DNA of 10,885 nt from Candidatus Iainarchaeum sp. Its GTDB lineage: Archaea; Iainarchaeota; Iainarchaeia; Iainarchaeales; Iainarchaeaceae. The notes beneath the pieces were generated by a model. That model had not been told where the DNA came from. It did no database searches and saw only the letters and a program-made list of their open reading frames with translations. The stretch spans positions 1 to 10,885 of the forward strand of contig JBDRLP010000045.1 of assembly GCA_043812975.1 (NCBI GenBank), read 5' to 3'. Numbering within the stretch: the first letter of the stretch is position 1; each line of letters opens with the position of its first letter. Position numbers and translations under genes: made by a program. Below are positions 1-7,737 of the stretch, piece by piece.

Positions 1-10
1 ACCCTCATAT

Positions 11-24
11 AAACCTTTTTAAAG
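11..24 (+). promoter_or_regulatory. Putative BRE/TATA promoter of the rpl7ae operon
   Basis: AAACCTTTTTAAAG resembles an archaeal BRE+TATA element, giving a predicted TSS near 47-50. An alternative TTATAA lies at 39-44. Confidence 0.45.
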
Positions 25-65
25 CCTTTCAAGTCGAGTTATAAGTAGAAATTAATTCATTTTCT

Positions 66-104
66 CGCCGTATGACAATGAAGCCCTGTTGGGCTAAGGA
101 GGTG
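66..104 (+). promoter_or_regulatory. Tandem kink-turn-like structure in the rpl7ae 5' UTR overlapping the Shine-Dalgarno site (putative L7Ae autoregulatory element)
   Basis: CGCC(66-69)/GGUG(101-104) stem, GUAU bulge, GA(74-75)/GA(99-100), C76-G98, AAU bulge, GA(80-81)/AA(96-97), AGCCC(82-86)/GGGCU(91-95) hairpin. SD AGGAGGTG at 97-104. Confidence 0.7.
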
Positions 105-112
105 TACTAAGT

Positions 113-478
113 ATGGCTGACTACGTTAAGTACTCCATGCCTGAGGAGCTAAAAACAAAACAGGCAACAATTTTAGAAAAAGCAAATAAAACAGGAAAAA
201 TAAGAATAGGAGCTAACGAAGCAACCAAAGCCGCTGAAAGAGGCACAGCTAAACTTATTGTTATTGCTGAAGATGTTAGCCCGCCGGAAATAGTAATGCA
301 CTTGCCAATAATCTGCAGGGAAAAAAATATTCCTTTCAGCTACTCTCCGACCAAAAAAGAATTGGGAGCAAAAGTAGGAATAGAAGTTGGAACTGCTGCA
401 TTAGCTGTTACTGATGAAGGTGACACAAAAAAAGATTTTGAAGATCTTGTAAAGAAACTTCAGGAATTGGCAAAGTGA
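113..478 (+). CDS. rpl7ae: 50S ribosomal protein L7Ae (eL8), K-turn-binding protein
   Basis: [42 protein letters not shown] motifs; strong SD; first gene of the conserved cluster. Confidence 0.98.
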   Translation: [121 protein letters not shown]

Positions 479-484
479 TATTAA

Positions 485-691
485 ATGGAGCAGGGAACAC
501 CAGCTGAAGTAGTGGAACTTCTTGGAAGAACCGGAGTTAACGGTGAAATAGTTCAGGTACTTTGCAAAATACTTGAAGGACGAGAACAAGGAAGAGTAAA
601 AAGAAGAAACATTAAAGGAAACATCCGAAAAGGAGACGTGGTCATTTTGCTGTCAACCGAAAGGGAAGCGAAAGAGATCAGGGCTAAGTGA
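485..691 (+). CDS. rps28e: 30S ribosomal protein S28e (eS28)
   Basis: [12 protein letters not shown]...[15 protein letters not shown]...EREA pattern; synteny after rpl7ae. Confidence 0.96.
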   Translation: MEQGTPAEVVELLGRTGVNGEIVQVLCKILEGREQGRVKRRNIKGNIRKGDVVILLSTEREAKEIRAK

Positions 692-701
692 GGTTGATAA
701 T

Positions 702-908
702 ATGCCTATGGATCATTTTACAGGAGAGGAAATACCAAAAGGCCACGGCCACATGTACGTAAAGAAAGACGGGACAATTTACTGGTTCAAAAATCAGAAA
801 ACAGAAACAAACTTTTTGAAATTAAAAAGAAGCCCGGGAAAAACAAAGTGGACTAATGCCTACCACAAGACTAAAAAAATAAAACTAAAAAGTAAGGGTG
901 ATCAATAA
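702..908 (+). CDS. rpl24e: 50S ribosomal protein L24e (eL24), cysteine-free variant
   Basis: FTGEEIPKGHG-MYVKKDGTIYWF...R-P-KTKWT pattern; synteny; SD GAGGTTGA upstream. Confidence 0.93.
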   Translation: MPMDHFTGEEIPKGHGHMYVKKDGTIYWFKNQKTETNFLKLKRSPGKTKWTNAYHKTKKIKLKSKGDQ

Positions 909-1372
909 TGGAAAAAACATTAGTAATCATAAAACCTGACACAATCAACAGAGGATTAGTTGGTGAAGTAATTGACAGGTTCGAAAGGAAAGGAATCAAG
1001 TTAGTTGCAATGAAAATGAAACACCTTGATGACAAAATCCTTGAAGAACATTACGCCCACCTTGTTGACAAACCATTCTTTGCAGGAATAAAAGAATTCA
1101 TGCAAAGAGCACCAAGTATTTTGATGGTGTTGGAAGGAAGAAGAGTTGTTGATGTTGTGAGAAAACTGGCAGGAGTAACTGAAGGAACAGAAGCAATGCC
1201 GGGAACAATAAGAGGAGACTTCTCACTAAGCGTACAAAACACAATAATCCATGCTTCAGATTCTAAGGAAACTGCAGAAAAAGAAATTAAAAGATTTTTC
1301 ACAGAAGAGGAAATCCTTGACTGGGATAAAATTGACATGGAAGTAATTTACTCAGACACTGAAAAAGAGTGA
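908..1372 (+). CDS. ndk: Nucleoside diphosphate kinase
   Basis: EKTLVIIKPD, PGTIRGDF, and catalytic His in IIHASDS. Confidence 0.98.
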   Translation: MEKTLVIIKPDTINRGLVGEVIDRFERKGIKLVAMKMKHLDDKILEEHYAHLVDKPFFAGIKEFMQRAPSILMVLEGRRVVDVVRKLAGVTEGTEAMPGTIRGDFSLSVQNTIIHASDSKETAEKEIKRFFTEEEILDWDKIDMEVIYSDTEKE

Positions 1373-1376
1373 TATC

Positions 1377-1808
1377 GTGATAGTAAAGGTCAAAAAACTG
1401 GATGCAGAAGTCAAGACGCCTAAAATAGAACATGAAGGCGATGCTGGTTTTGACCTTTATGCAAACGAAACCACTTCTTTGAAACCAATGGAAAGAAAGC
1501 TTATTGCAACAGGAATCAGCATAGCTTTTGACAAAGGATATGAAGCACAAGTACGGCCAAAAAGCGGTTTAGCGATAAATCACGGGATTACCCTCCTTAA
1601 TACTCCAGGCACAATAGACGCTGGTTATAGAGGAGAAGTAAAAGTAATAATGGCAAACCTTAGTGACAAAGAATACTTGATTGAAAAAGGAAAGAAAATA
1701 GCCCAAGTTGTTTTCAACAAAATAGAAGAACCTGAATTAATAGAAGTTGAGGAACTTGAAGAAAGTTCAAGAGGAAAAGGCGGATTTGGATCTACCGGTT
1801 TGGAATGA
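1377..1808 (+). CDS. dut: Trimeric dUTP diphosphatase (dUTPase)
   Basis: All five motifs present: AGFDL, PKSGLA, GTIDAGYRGE, IAQ, RGKGGFGSTG. GTG start after SD-like GAGTGAT. Confidence 0.97.
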   Translation: MIVKVKKLDAEVKTPKIEHEGDAGFDLYANETTSLKPMERKLIATGISIAFDKGYEAQVRPKSGLAINHGITLLNTPGTIDAGYRGEVKVIMANLSDKEYLIEKGKKIAQVVFNKIEEPELIEVEELEESSRGKGGFGSTGLE

Positions 1809-3559
1809 TTGAAATGATTCGAAAACCTATCATAACTGTACTGGGCCATGTTGATGCAGGCAAAACCAGAATACTTGATTCGATTAGAGGAACGACTGTT
1901 GCAGAAAAAGAAGCAGGCGGAATAACACAGCACATCGGAGCAACAGAAGTGCCAATAAAAATTATTGACAATCAAGCAGGAGAACTTTTGAAAAAATACA
2001 AATTTAATTTACAAATACCAGGGCTTTTGTTTATTGATACTCCCGGACATGAAGCTTTTACAACATTAAGAAAACGAGGGGGAAGTATTGCTGATCTTGC
2101 AGTGGTTGTGGTTGATATTCACAAAGGATTACAGGAGCAAACCAAAGAAGCAATAGAAATTTTGAAAAGTTACAAAACCCCATTTATACTTGCAGCAAAC
2201 AAAGTCGATACTTTACAAGGATGGACTTTACAAGAAGGAAGCATTTCTGAATCATTAAAAATCCAAAGACCAGAAGTACTTGAACAATTAGAAACCAAAA
2301 TTTATGAACTTGTTGGCCAACTTCACACAATGGGTTTTCCAAGCGAAAGATTTGACAGAGTTACTGATTTTACAAAAGAAGTAATAATTATTCCGATGTC
2401 TGCAAAAATGAAAGTAGGAACTCCTGAACTTTTGATGTTCATTGCAGGGTTGTCACAAAAATATTTAGAAAAAAAACTTGAAGTCCATGAAAAAGGAAAC
2501 TGTAAAGGAACAGTTTTAGAAGTTAAGGAAGAAAAAGGATTGGGAAAAACAATTGATGTTATAATTTATGATGGAATGCTCAGCGTTGGAGAAGAAATAG
2601 TCGTTGGTGGAAAAAACGGCATAATCAAAACCAAGATTAGAGCTTTGTTAGAACCAAAACCTGTTGGAGAAGGAAGCCCTAATGAAAAGTTTAATAATGT
2701 AAAAGAGATTCATGCTGCCGCAGGAGTAAAAATTGCAGCCCCTAATCTTGATGATGCTTTGAGTGGTTCTCCGGTAAGGCATTACTCAATCGAAGCAGAA
2801 CAGGGGATTATGGACGAAATTCAGAAAATTAAGATAGAATCAGATGCAATAGGACCAATAGTGAGAAGTAATACTCTTGGTTCATTAGAAGCTATTTTGA
2901 AGCTTTTAGAGGATAGAGGCATTAAGGTAAAAAAAGCAGATGTCGGGGAAATTCCAAGAAAGGATGTTCTGGAAATAGAATCCGTTGCTGAAAAAGATAA
3001 ATTCAAAGGAGTTATTTTTGCGTTTCACACTAAAGTTAGTGAGCCTGCAAAAATTGAGGCTAAAAAAAGGAATGTGAAAATTTTTGAAAACGATGTTGTT
3101 TACAGATTACTTGAAGAATATGAAGAATGGGTACAGGGAGAAAAAGATAAAGACAAGAAAACAAAACTTTCAAATCTTGTAATGCCTGTGAAAATTTATG
3201 TAATGCCTGATCACATTTTCAGAAACAGCAAACCTGCGGTTGTTGGTGTTAAAATTGTTGAAGGCAAACTGAAAAAAGAAATTAAATTAATGAAAAATGG
3301 AGAAGTAATTGGAAAAGTTAAAGGTATACAAAAGGAAGGAAAAGAAATTGATGAAGCAACAAAAGGAATGGAAGTTGCTGTTTCAATAGAAAATGCAGTA
3401 GTTGAAAAAAATTTGTTTGAAAAAGATAATCTTTACAGTTACATACCGCAAAAACAATTCAGTGAATTAATGACGATTATTGATTCTTTTACTCCGGAAG
3501 AAACGGAGTTAATAGATGAAATAAAAAAAATGGAACAAAAAGAAGAAGTTGAAGCTTAA
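1805..3559 (+). CDS. infB: Translation initiation factor aIF5B (archaeal IF-2); alternative start at 1814
   Basis: RKPIITVLGHVDAGKT, EAGGITQHIGA, FIDTPGHEAF, NKVD, GSLEA. At 584 aa there is no room for an intein. Confidence 0.98.
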   Translation: MIEMIRKPIITVLGHVDAGKTRILDSIRGTTVAEKEAGGITQHIGATEVPIKIIDNQAGELLKKYKFNLQIPGLLFIDTPGHEAFTTLRKRGGSIADLAVVVVDIHKGLQEQTKEAIEILKSYKTPFILAANKVDTLQGWTLQEGSISESLKIQRPEVLEQLETKIYELVGQLHTMGFPSERFDRVTDFTKEVIIIPMSAKMKVGTPELLMFIAGLSQKYLEKKLEVHEKGNCKGTVLEVKEEKGLGKTIDVIIYDGMLSVGEEIVVGGKNGIIKTKIRALLEPKPVGEGSPNEKFNNVKEIHAAAGVKIAAPNLDDALSGSPVRHYSIEAEQGIMDEIQKIKIESDAIGPIVRSNTLGSLEAILKLLEDRGIKVKKADVGEIPRKDVLEIESVAEKDKFKGVIFAFHTKVSEPAKIEAKKRNVKIFENDVVYRLLEEYEEWVQGEKDKDKKTKLSNLVMPVKIYVMPDHIFRNSKPAVVGVKIVEGKLKKEIKLMKNGEVIGKVKGIQKEGKEIDEATKGMEVAVSIENAVVEKNLFEKDNLYSYIPQKQFSELMTIIDSFTPEETELIDEIKKMEQKEEVEA

Positions 3560-3573
3560 GGAGGTAATTCGAA

Positions 3574-4038
3574 ATGAATTTAGTGGTGTCAGATCCAAAA
3601 ACAAAAAAAGCATACCTAAAGAAAATTGACAGTCCGAAGCCATTTATCGGCAAAAAGATTGGGGAAGAAATAGAACTGGGCTTGTTAGGCCTTGACGGCT
3701 ACAAAGCTAAAATAACTGGAGGTTCAGACAAACAAGGTTTTCCATTAAGGCCTGATTTGGAAGGATCAAACAGAAAGAAAATTTTCATTGTAACAAATGC
3801 AAAACACGGAATAAGAAAAAAGGTTTCAAAAAGAGGAAACATGATTAGTGAAGAAATTTCTCAAATTAACCTTAAAATTATCAAAGAGGGAAGCAAGAAG
3901 CTTGAAGAATTACTCGGAGGAGAAAAAGCAGATAAAAAAGAAGAAAAAACATCTTTCGCAGAAAAAGCAGTAAAAGAATCATTGGATAGTGTGGGTAATG
4001 CACCAACACCTCCACCGACAAAAAAAGCAAGACATTAA
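3574..4038 (+). CDS. rps6e: 30S ribosomal protein S6e (eS6) with a charged/Pro-rich C-terminal tail
   Basis: VVSDPKT, IGKKIGEEI, ITGGSDKQGFP, RGN-I---ISQINLKI; SD AAGGAGGT upstream. Confidence 0.96.
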   Translation: MNLVVSDPKTKKAYLKKIDSPKPFIGKKIGEEIELGLLGLDGYKAKITGGSDKQGFPLRPDLEGSNRKKIFIVTNAKHGIRKKVSKRGNMISEEISQINLKIIKEGSKKLEELLGGEKADKKEEKTSFAEKAVKESLDSVGNAPTPPPTKKARH

Positions 4039-4048
4039 GTGATAAAAA

Positions 4049-5251
4049 ATGACAAAACAAAAAACTGGACAGCAAGCCGAAATTAACATCGGAATGATAG
4101 GGCATGTTGACCACGGTAAAACATCATTAGTTCAAACCTTAACTGGAAAATGGGCTGACACCCACTCCGAAGAACTAAAACAAGGAATTTCTATAAGGCT
4201 AGGTTATGCAGATGCCACATTTTACAAGTGTGACAAGGTAAAAGGAGCTGAAGGATATAATGCTGATGGAAAATGTGAAACCGGAAAAGCTGTTCAGTTA
4301 AGAAGAGTTTCATTTGTGGATGCGCCAGGACATGAAACATTAATGGCGACAATGCTCAGCGGAGCAGCGCTAATGAAGGGATCTGTTCTTGTTATTGCTG
4401 CCAACGAAAAATGCCCCCAGCCAAGGACTGCTGAACACTTAATGGCATTGAGTGTTTCAGGAGTAAAAAATATTGTAGTTGCACAGAACAAGATTGATCT
4501 TGTTGACATGAAAAGAGCAAAAGAAAGTCATATAGAAATAACAAAGTTCCTCAAAGATTATGGTTATGAAAACTCTCCTATTATTCCGATTTCAGCAAAC
4601 CAGGGAGTTAATATTGATCTTTTGATTGAGGCAATTGAAACACAAATTCCAACTCCAAAACAAGACAAGTCAAAGGATCTGAAAATGTATGTTGTTAGAA
4701 GTTTTGACATTAACAGGCCAGGAGCAAAACCTGAGGAACTAAAAGGCGGAGTTATCGGGGGAAGTATTGTAAGTGGGTCTATAAAGATAGGAGACAAAAT
4801 AGAGGTTACTCCTGGAATTGATGGAAAACCAATTGAAACCGAGGTTGTTAGTTTGGGAGTTGAAAGCGGAAGCATAGAAAATGCACATGCTGGCGGTTTG
4901 ATAGCGGTTGGAACAAAACTAGATGCTTTCTTTACAAAGAATGATGAAATGCGTGGTCAGATGGTTGCAAAGCCGGGAAAATTACCAAAACCAGTTAAGC
5001 AAGTTACCTTAGAAGTTCATCCAGTAGAAAGATTAGTTACAAAAAAAGAAGAAGAATTGAAAGCAAATGATTTTGTTGTTTTAGCAATTGGAACAACTAC
5101 TGCTGTTGGACAAGTAGCAAAAATAGGAAGCAAGAATGAATTTGATTTTGTTTTAAAAGTTCCAGTAGTAATAGAAAAAGGACAACAAGTTGCAATAAGC
5201 AAAAAAGAAAAAAGCGGTTGGAGGCTAAGAGCATATGGAATCGCGAAGTAA
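4049..5251 (+). CDS. eif2g: Translation initiation factor 2 subunit gamma (aIF2-gamma)
   Basis: QAEINIGMIGHVDHGKT, HSEELKQGISIRLGY, SFVDAPGHE, QNKID, RSFDINRPG, C-terminal WRL--YG. Confidence 0.98.
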   Translation: MTKQKTGQQAEINIGMIGHVDHGKTSLVQTLTGKWADTHSEELKQGISIRLGYADATFYKCDKVKGAEGYNADGKCETGKAVQLRRVSFVDAPGHETLMATMLSGAALMKGSVLVIAANEKCPQPRTAEHLMALSVSGVKNIVVAQNKIDLVDMKRAKESHIEITKFLKDYGYENSPIIPISANQGVNIDLLIEAIETQIPTPKQDKSKDLKMYVVRSFDINRPGAKPEELKGGVIGGSIVSGSIKIGDKIEVTPGIDGKPIETEVVSLGVESGSIENAHAGGLIAVGTKLDAFFTKNDEMRGQMVAKPGKLPKPVKQVTLEVHPVERLVTKKEEELKANDFVVLAIGTTTAVGQVAKIGSKNEFDFVLKVPVVIEKGQQVAISKKEKSGWRLRAYGIAK

Positions 5252-5615
5252 AGTGGTTCTGGATACAAATATGTTACTTAATATTGCAAGATTTAATATT
5301 GATGTTTTTCAGGAGACAAAAAAAATGTTAGGAAACATAGAATTTTTGGTGCCAAAACAGGTTATGCAGGAACTTGATAAACTTGCAGAGCAGGGACAAA
5401 CACTGAAAAAGGAAGTGAACATAGCTAAAATGGCAATTGAAAATAACAATGTTAAAATAATTGAAATAGAAGCAAGAGATGCTGACGAAGCACTAAAGAA
5501 AATGGCTTCTGAATCAATTATTGCGACTAACGATAAGGAATTAAAAGATTCCGTAAGAGAAATGAATGGTCGCGTTTTATACTTAAGGCAAAGAAAATTC
5601 TTGGAAATGGCCTAG
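5235..5615 (+). CDS. PIN-domain protein (Fcf1/Utp24-like putative RNA-processing nuclease)
   Basis: VVLDTN, V--EL, DAD and ATNDKEL acidic PIN motifs; conserved position between eif2g and rpoE1. Confidence 0.9.
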   Translation: MESRSKVVLDTNMLLNIARFNIDVFQETKKMLGNIEFLVPKQVMQELDKLAEQGQTLKKEVNIAKMAIENNNVKIIEIEARDADEALKKMASESIIATNDKELKDSVREMNGRVLYLRQRKFLEMA

Positions 5616-5629
5616 AGGTGAGCAAAAAA

Positions 5630-6274
5630 ATGTACATGAACTATACAATAACTGATAATATCAGGGTTCCTCCTGCAGAAATAGGCGGAAACCTGAAGAA
5701 TATTCTGTTAAAACAGGCAAAAGAAGTATATGAAGGAATTATGGACGAGGATATCGGTATAATAGTAGCAATAACCAGCATCGAAAATATTGGTGATGGA
5801 AAAATAGTTCCTGGAGATGGAGCAGCTTATTACAAATCAGACGTTGGTATGATAGCCTACAAGCCACAGGTTCACGAGCTTGTTGAAGGAGAAATTACTG
5901 ATGTAACAGAATTCGGAGCATTCATAAAAACAGGGCCTTTAGAGGGACTGATTCATGTAAGCCAAATAATGGATGATTACATTAACTATGATGCAAAATT
6001 ACCAGGATTTGTTGGAAAAGAAACAAAAAGAAGGCTCACAATAAAGGACATTGTTAAAGCAAGAATAGTAACAGTTAGCCTTAAAGGAACCATTTCAAGT
6101 TCAAAAATCGGCCTAACAATGAGACAAGAAGGCCTTGGAAAAGATGAATGGGCAAAACTTGCTGAAAAAACCAAGAAAAAACCAACTGCCAAAGGAAGTC
6201 CTGCTGCGGCCAAAGGGAGTGCTACTGATGATACAGATGCAAAAAAAGACGATAAAAAAGAGGCAAAAAAATGA
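5630..6274 (+). CDS. rpoE1: DNA-directed RNA polymerase subunit E' (Rpo7) with a low-complexity C-terminal extension
   Basis: IRVPP, G-IVPGDGAAY, S1 domain EFGAFI--GPLEGLIHVSQI-DD, KIGLTMRQ-GLGK-EW. Start moved to ATG 5630 because the GTG at 5618 lies inside the SD GAGGTGA (5615-5621). Confidence 0.96.
   Translation: MYMNYTITDNIRVPPAEIGGNLKNILLKQAKEVYEGIMDEDIGIIVAITSIENIGDGKIVPGDGAAYYKSDVGMIAYKPQVHELVEGEITDVTEFGAFIKTGPLEGLIHVSQIMDDYINYDAKLPGFVGKETKRRLTIKDIVKARIVTVSLKGTISSSKIGLTMRQEGLGKDEWAKLAEKTKKKPTAKGSPAAAKGSATDDTDAKKDDKKEAKK
6185..6226 (+). repeat. Two tandem 21-nt imperfect copies of the 'KGSP' repeat in the rpoE1 tail
   Basis: ACTGCCAAAGGAAGTCCTGCT / GCGGCCAAAGGGAGTGCTACT. Positions 6204-6223 match 6931-6950 at 18/20 nt. 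Confidence 0.7.
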
Positions 6275-6468
6275 AACAAAAAAAAGCATGCAGAAGTTGC
6301 CGTTACGTACTTGAAGAAGGCGGAGATGTTTGTCCAGTTTGTGGATCAAACTCATTCACAACATTCTGGAGAGGATACACCGTAATAATCAATGCAGAAG
6401 AATCAGAAATAGCACAAAAAATGGGAATTACAAAAGCAGGAAAATATGCTTTAAGGTTAAGTAGGTGA
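6271..6468 (+). CDS. spt4: Transcription elongation factor Spt4 (RpoE'')
   Basis: ACRSC...CPVCG zinc ribbon, W-G---I, SEIA-KMGI---GKYAL; ATGA overlap with rpoE1. Confidence 0.96.
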   Translation: MKQKKACRSCRYVLEEGGDVCPVCGSNSFTTFWRGYTVIINAEESEIAQKMGITKAGKYALRLSR

Positions 6469-6473
6469 AAACA

Positions 6474-6974
6474 ATGAGAATACAAATTGAGAATAGAAAT
6501 GAAAATCCAATATTAAACAGGGAAGAAATAAACTTCACAGTAAAAGAAGTAGAAGCAACACCATCAAGACAGGAAATCAGAAAGCAAGTTGCTGCACAGG
6601 CAAATGTGGATGAAAAATTATTGATTGTTGATGTTCTTGGCACAAGCTATGGAACACCAGAACTGAAAGGAGTTGCAAGAATTTACAAGACTGAAGCTGA
6701 AATGAAAAAAACAGAATTAAAATATATTATTGCAAGAAACTTTGGCAAAGGAAAAGAAGAGAAAAAAGTAAAAGCTGCAACCGAAGGTGAAGCTACTGCA
6801 GCAGCTGAATGGAAAGCAAAAACAGAGGAAACTGCTGCTAAAAAGGAAGAAGTAAAAAAAGAAACTGCTGAAGAAAAACTTCAAGAAAATAAAACCGAGA
6901 CCGAAGGAAGTCCCGAAGAGAAGGAAAAACCTGCGACCAAAGGGAGTCCTGAAGGGGCAGAGGACAAGGAATGA
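6474..6974 (+). CDS. rps24e: 30S ribosomal protein S24e (eS24) with a long Glu/Lys/Ala-rich tail
   Basis: ENPILNREEI, ATPSRQEIR, YG-----G-ARIY, ARN. Start at ATG 6474 after SD AGGTGA (6463-6468). Confidence 0.95.
   Translation: MRIQIENRNENPILNREEINFTVKEVEATPSRQEIRKQVAAQANVDEKLLIVDVLGTSYGTPELKGVARIYKTEAEMKKTELKYIIARNFGKGKEEKKVKAATEGEATAAAEWKAKTEETAAKKEEVKKETAEEKLQENKTETEGSPEEKEKPATKGSPEGAEDKE
6897..6959 (+). repeat. Two further copies of the 'T(E/K)GSPE' repeat in the rps24e tail (plus a degenerate copy at 6775-6787)
   Basis: GAGACCGAAGGAAGTCCCGAAGAG (6897-6920) vs GCGACCAAAGGGAGTCCTGAAGGG (6933-6956), 19/24 identical. Confidence 0.7.
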
Positions 6975-6980
6975 TTTTGA

Positions 6981-7184
6981 ATGGCTAAAAAAGAAAAAGA
7001 TTTGAAACCAAAGACCCCGAGAAAAAAACACCCTAGCATTAAGAAAGGAGAAACTGCTTACAAAGTAGAAGGGGACAAAGTAATAAGGAAAAAATCCTGT
7101 CCGAAATGCGGGGCAGGAGTATTCATGGCTGAACATGAAAAAAGAACCCATTGCGGCAAATGCAGTTTTACTGAACACAAATAA
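6981..7184 (+). CDS. rps27ae: 30S ribosomal protein S27ae (eS31)
   Basis: [30 protein letters not shown] zinc ribbon; follows rps24e. Confidence 0.97.
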   Translation: MAKKEKDLKPKTPRKKHPSIKKGETAYKVEGDKVIRKKSCPKCGAGVFMAEHEKRTHCGKCSFTEHK

Positions 7185-7197
7185 AAGGGGGCTCCAA

Positions 7198-7737
7198 ATG
7201 AAGGAAACCCTCCTAACTAATTTTTTGCTTGATTTTGGCTTACTTTTAGTACCACTGCTTTTCATAATATTGGTTGAGAAAAAGAAACCGACTTTAAAGG
7301 AATTTGGTTTCAAAACAAAAGGAGCTATAGAGGATATGGCTCTTTCAAGCAAAATTTTCCTTGCACTTTTAGTGTACTCATTCTTACTATCATTCTTGTT
7401 TTTTATAATTGGAATAAATGATTTTCAGGGAGTTCAAGAAGGAATACAGAGCATTGTAGAACTTTCGCCTTTGCTTCTTATTTACTTTTTTATAGTTAGA
7501 GTTTTTTTGGAAGAATACTTTTTCAGAGCATTCTTGGTTCCTCGAGTGGGGGTTGTTGTTTCAAGTGTTCTTTTTGGATTAACCCATTATGGTTACGGTT
7601 CGGTGGGGGAAATTATTGGAGCAATATTTCTTGGAATGATTCTGGCAATAGCTTACAAACAGCACGGAAGAATACTTCCAAATTTTGTAGGGCATTTACT
7701 TTACAATTTAGTTGCAATTAGTTTTTTGGTGGCATAA
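7198..7737 (+). CDS. CPBP family (CAAX protease/Abi, Rce1-like) intramembrane glutamic endopeptidase
   Basis: Multiple TM segments with EEYFFR (EExxxR), FGLTH (FxxxH) and HLLYN (HxxxN). ATG 7198 after AGGGGG avoids overlap with rps27ae. Confidence 0.9.
   Translation: MKETLLTNFLLDFGLLLVPLLFIILVEKKKPTLKEFGFKTKGAIEDMALSSKIFLALLVYSFLLSFLFFIIGINDFQGVQEGIQSIVELSPLLLIYFFIVRVFLEEYFFRAFLVPRVGVVVSSVLFGLTHYGYGSVGEIIGAIFLGMILAIAYKQHGRILPNFVGHLLYNLVAISFLVA

Noticed and set aside
1..8. Possible start (ATG at 8-6) of a divergent minus-strand gene
   Set aside because: Only 8 nt are visible, so it cannot be supported.
2660..2683. 'GEGSP' in aIF5B as another copy of the GSP repeat
   Set aside because: The nucleotide match (GAAGGAAGCCCT) is too short and lacks the GACC/GTCC arms.
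5235..5615. PIN gene as a VapC toxin
   Set aside because: No antitoxin partner, and it occupies the conserved housekeeping position between eif2g and rpoE1.
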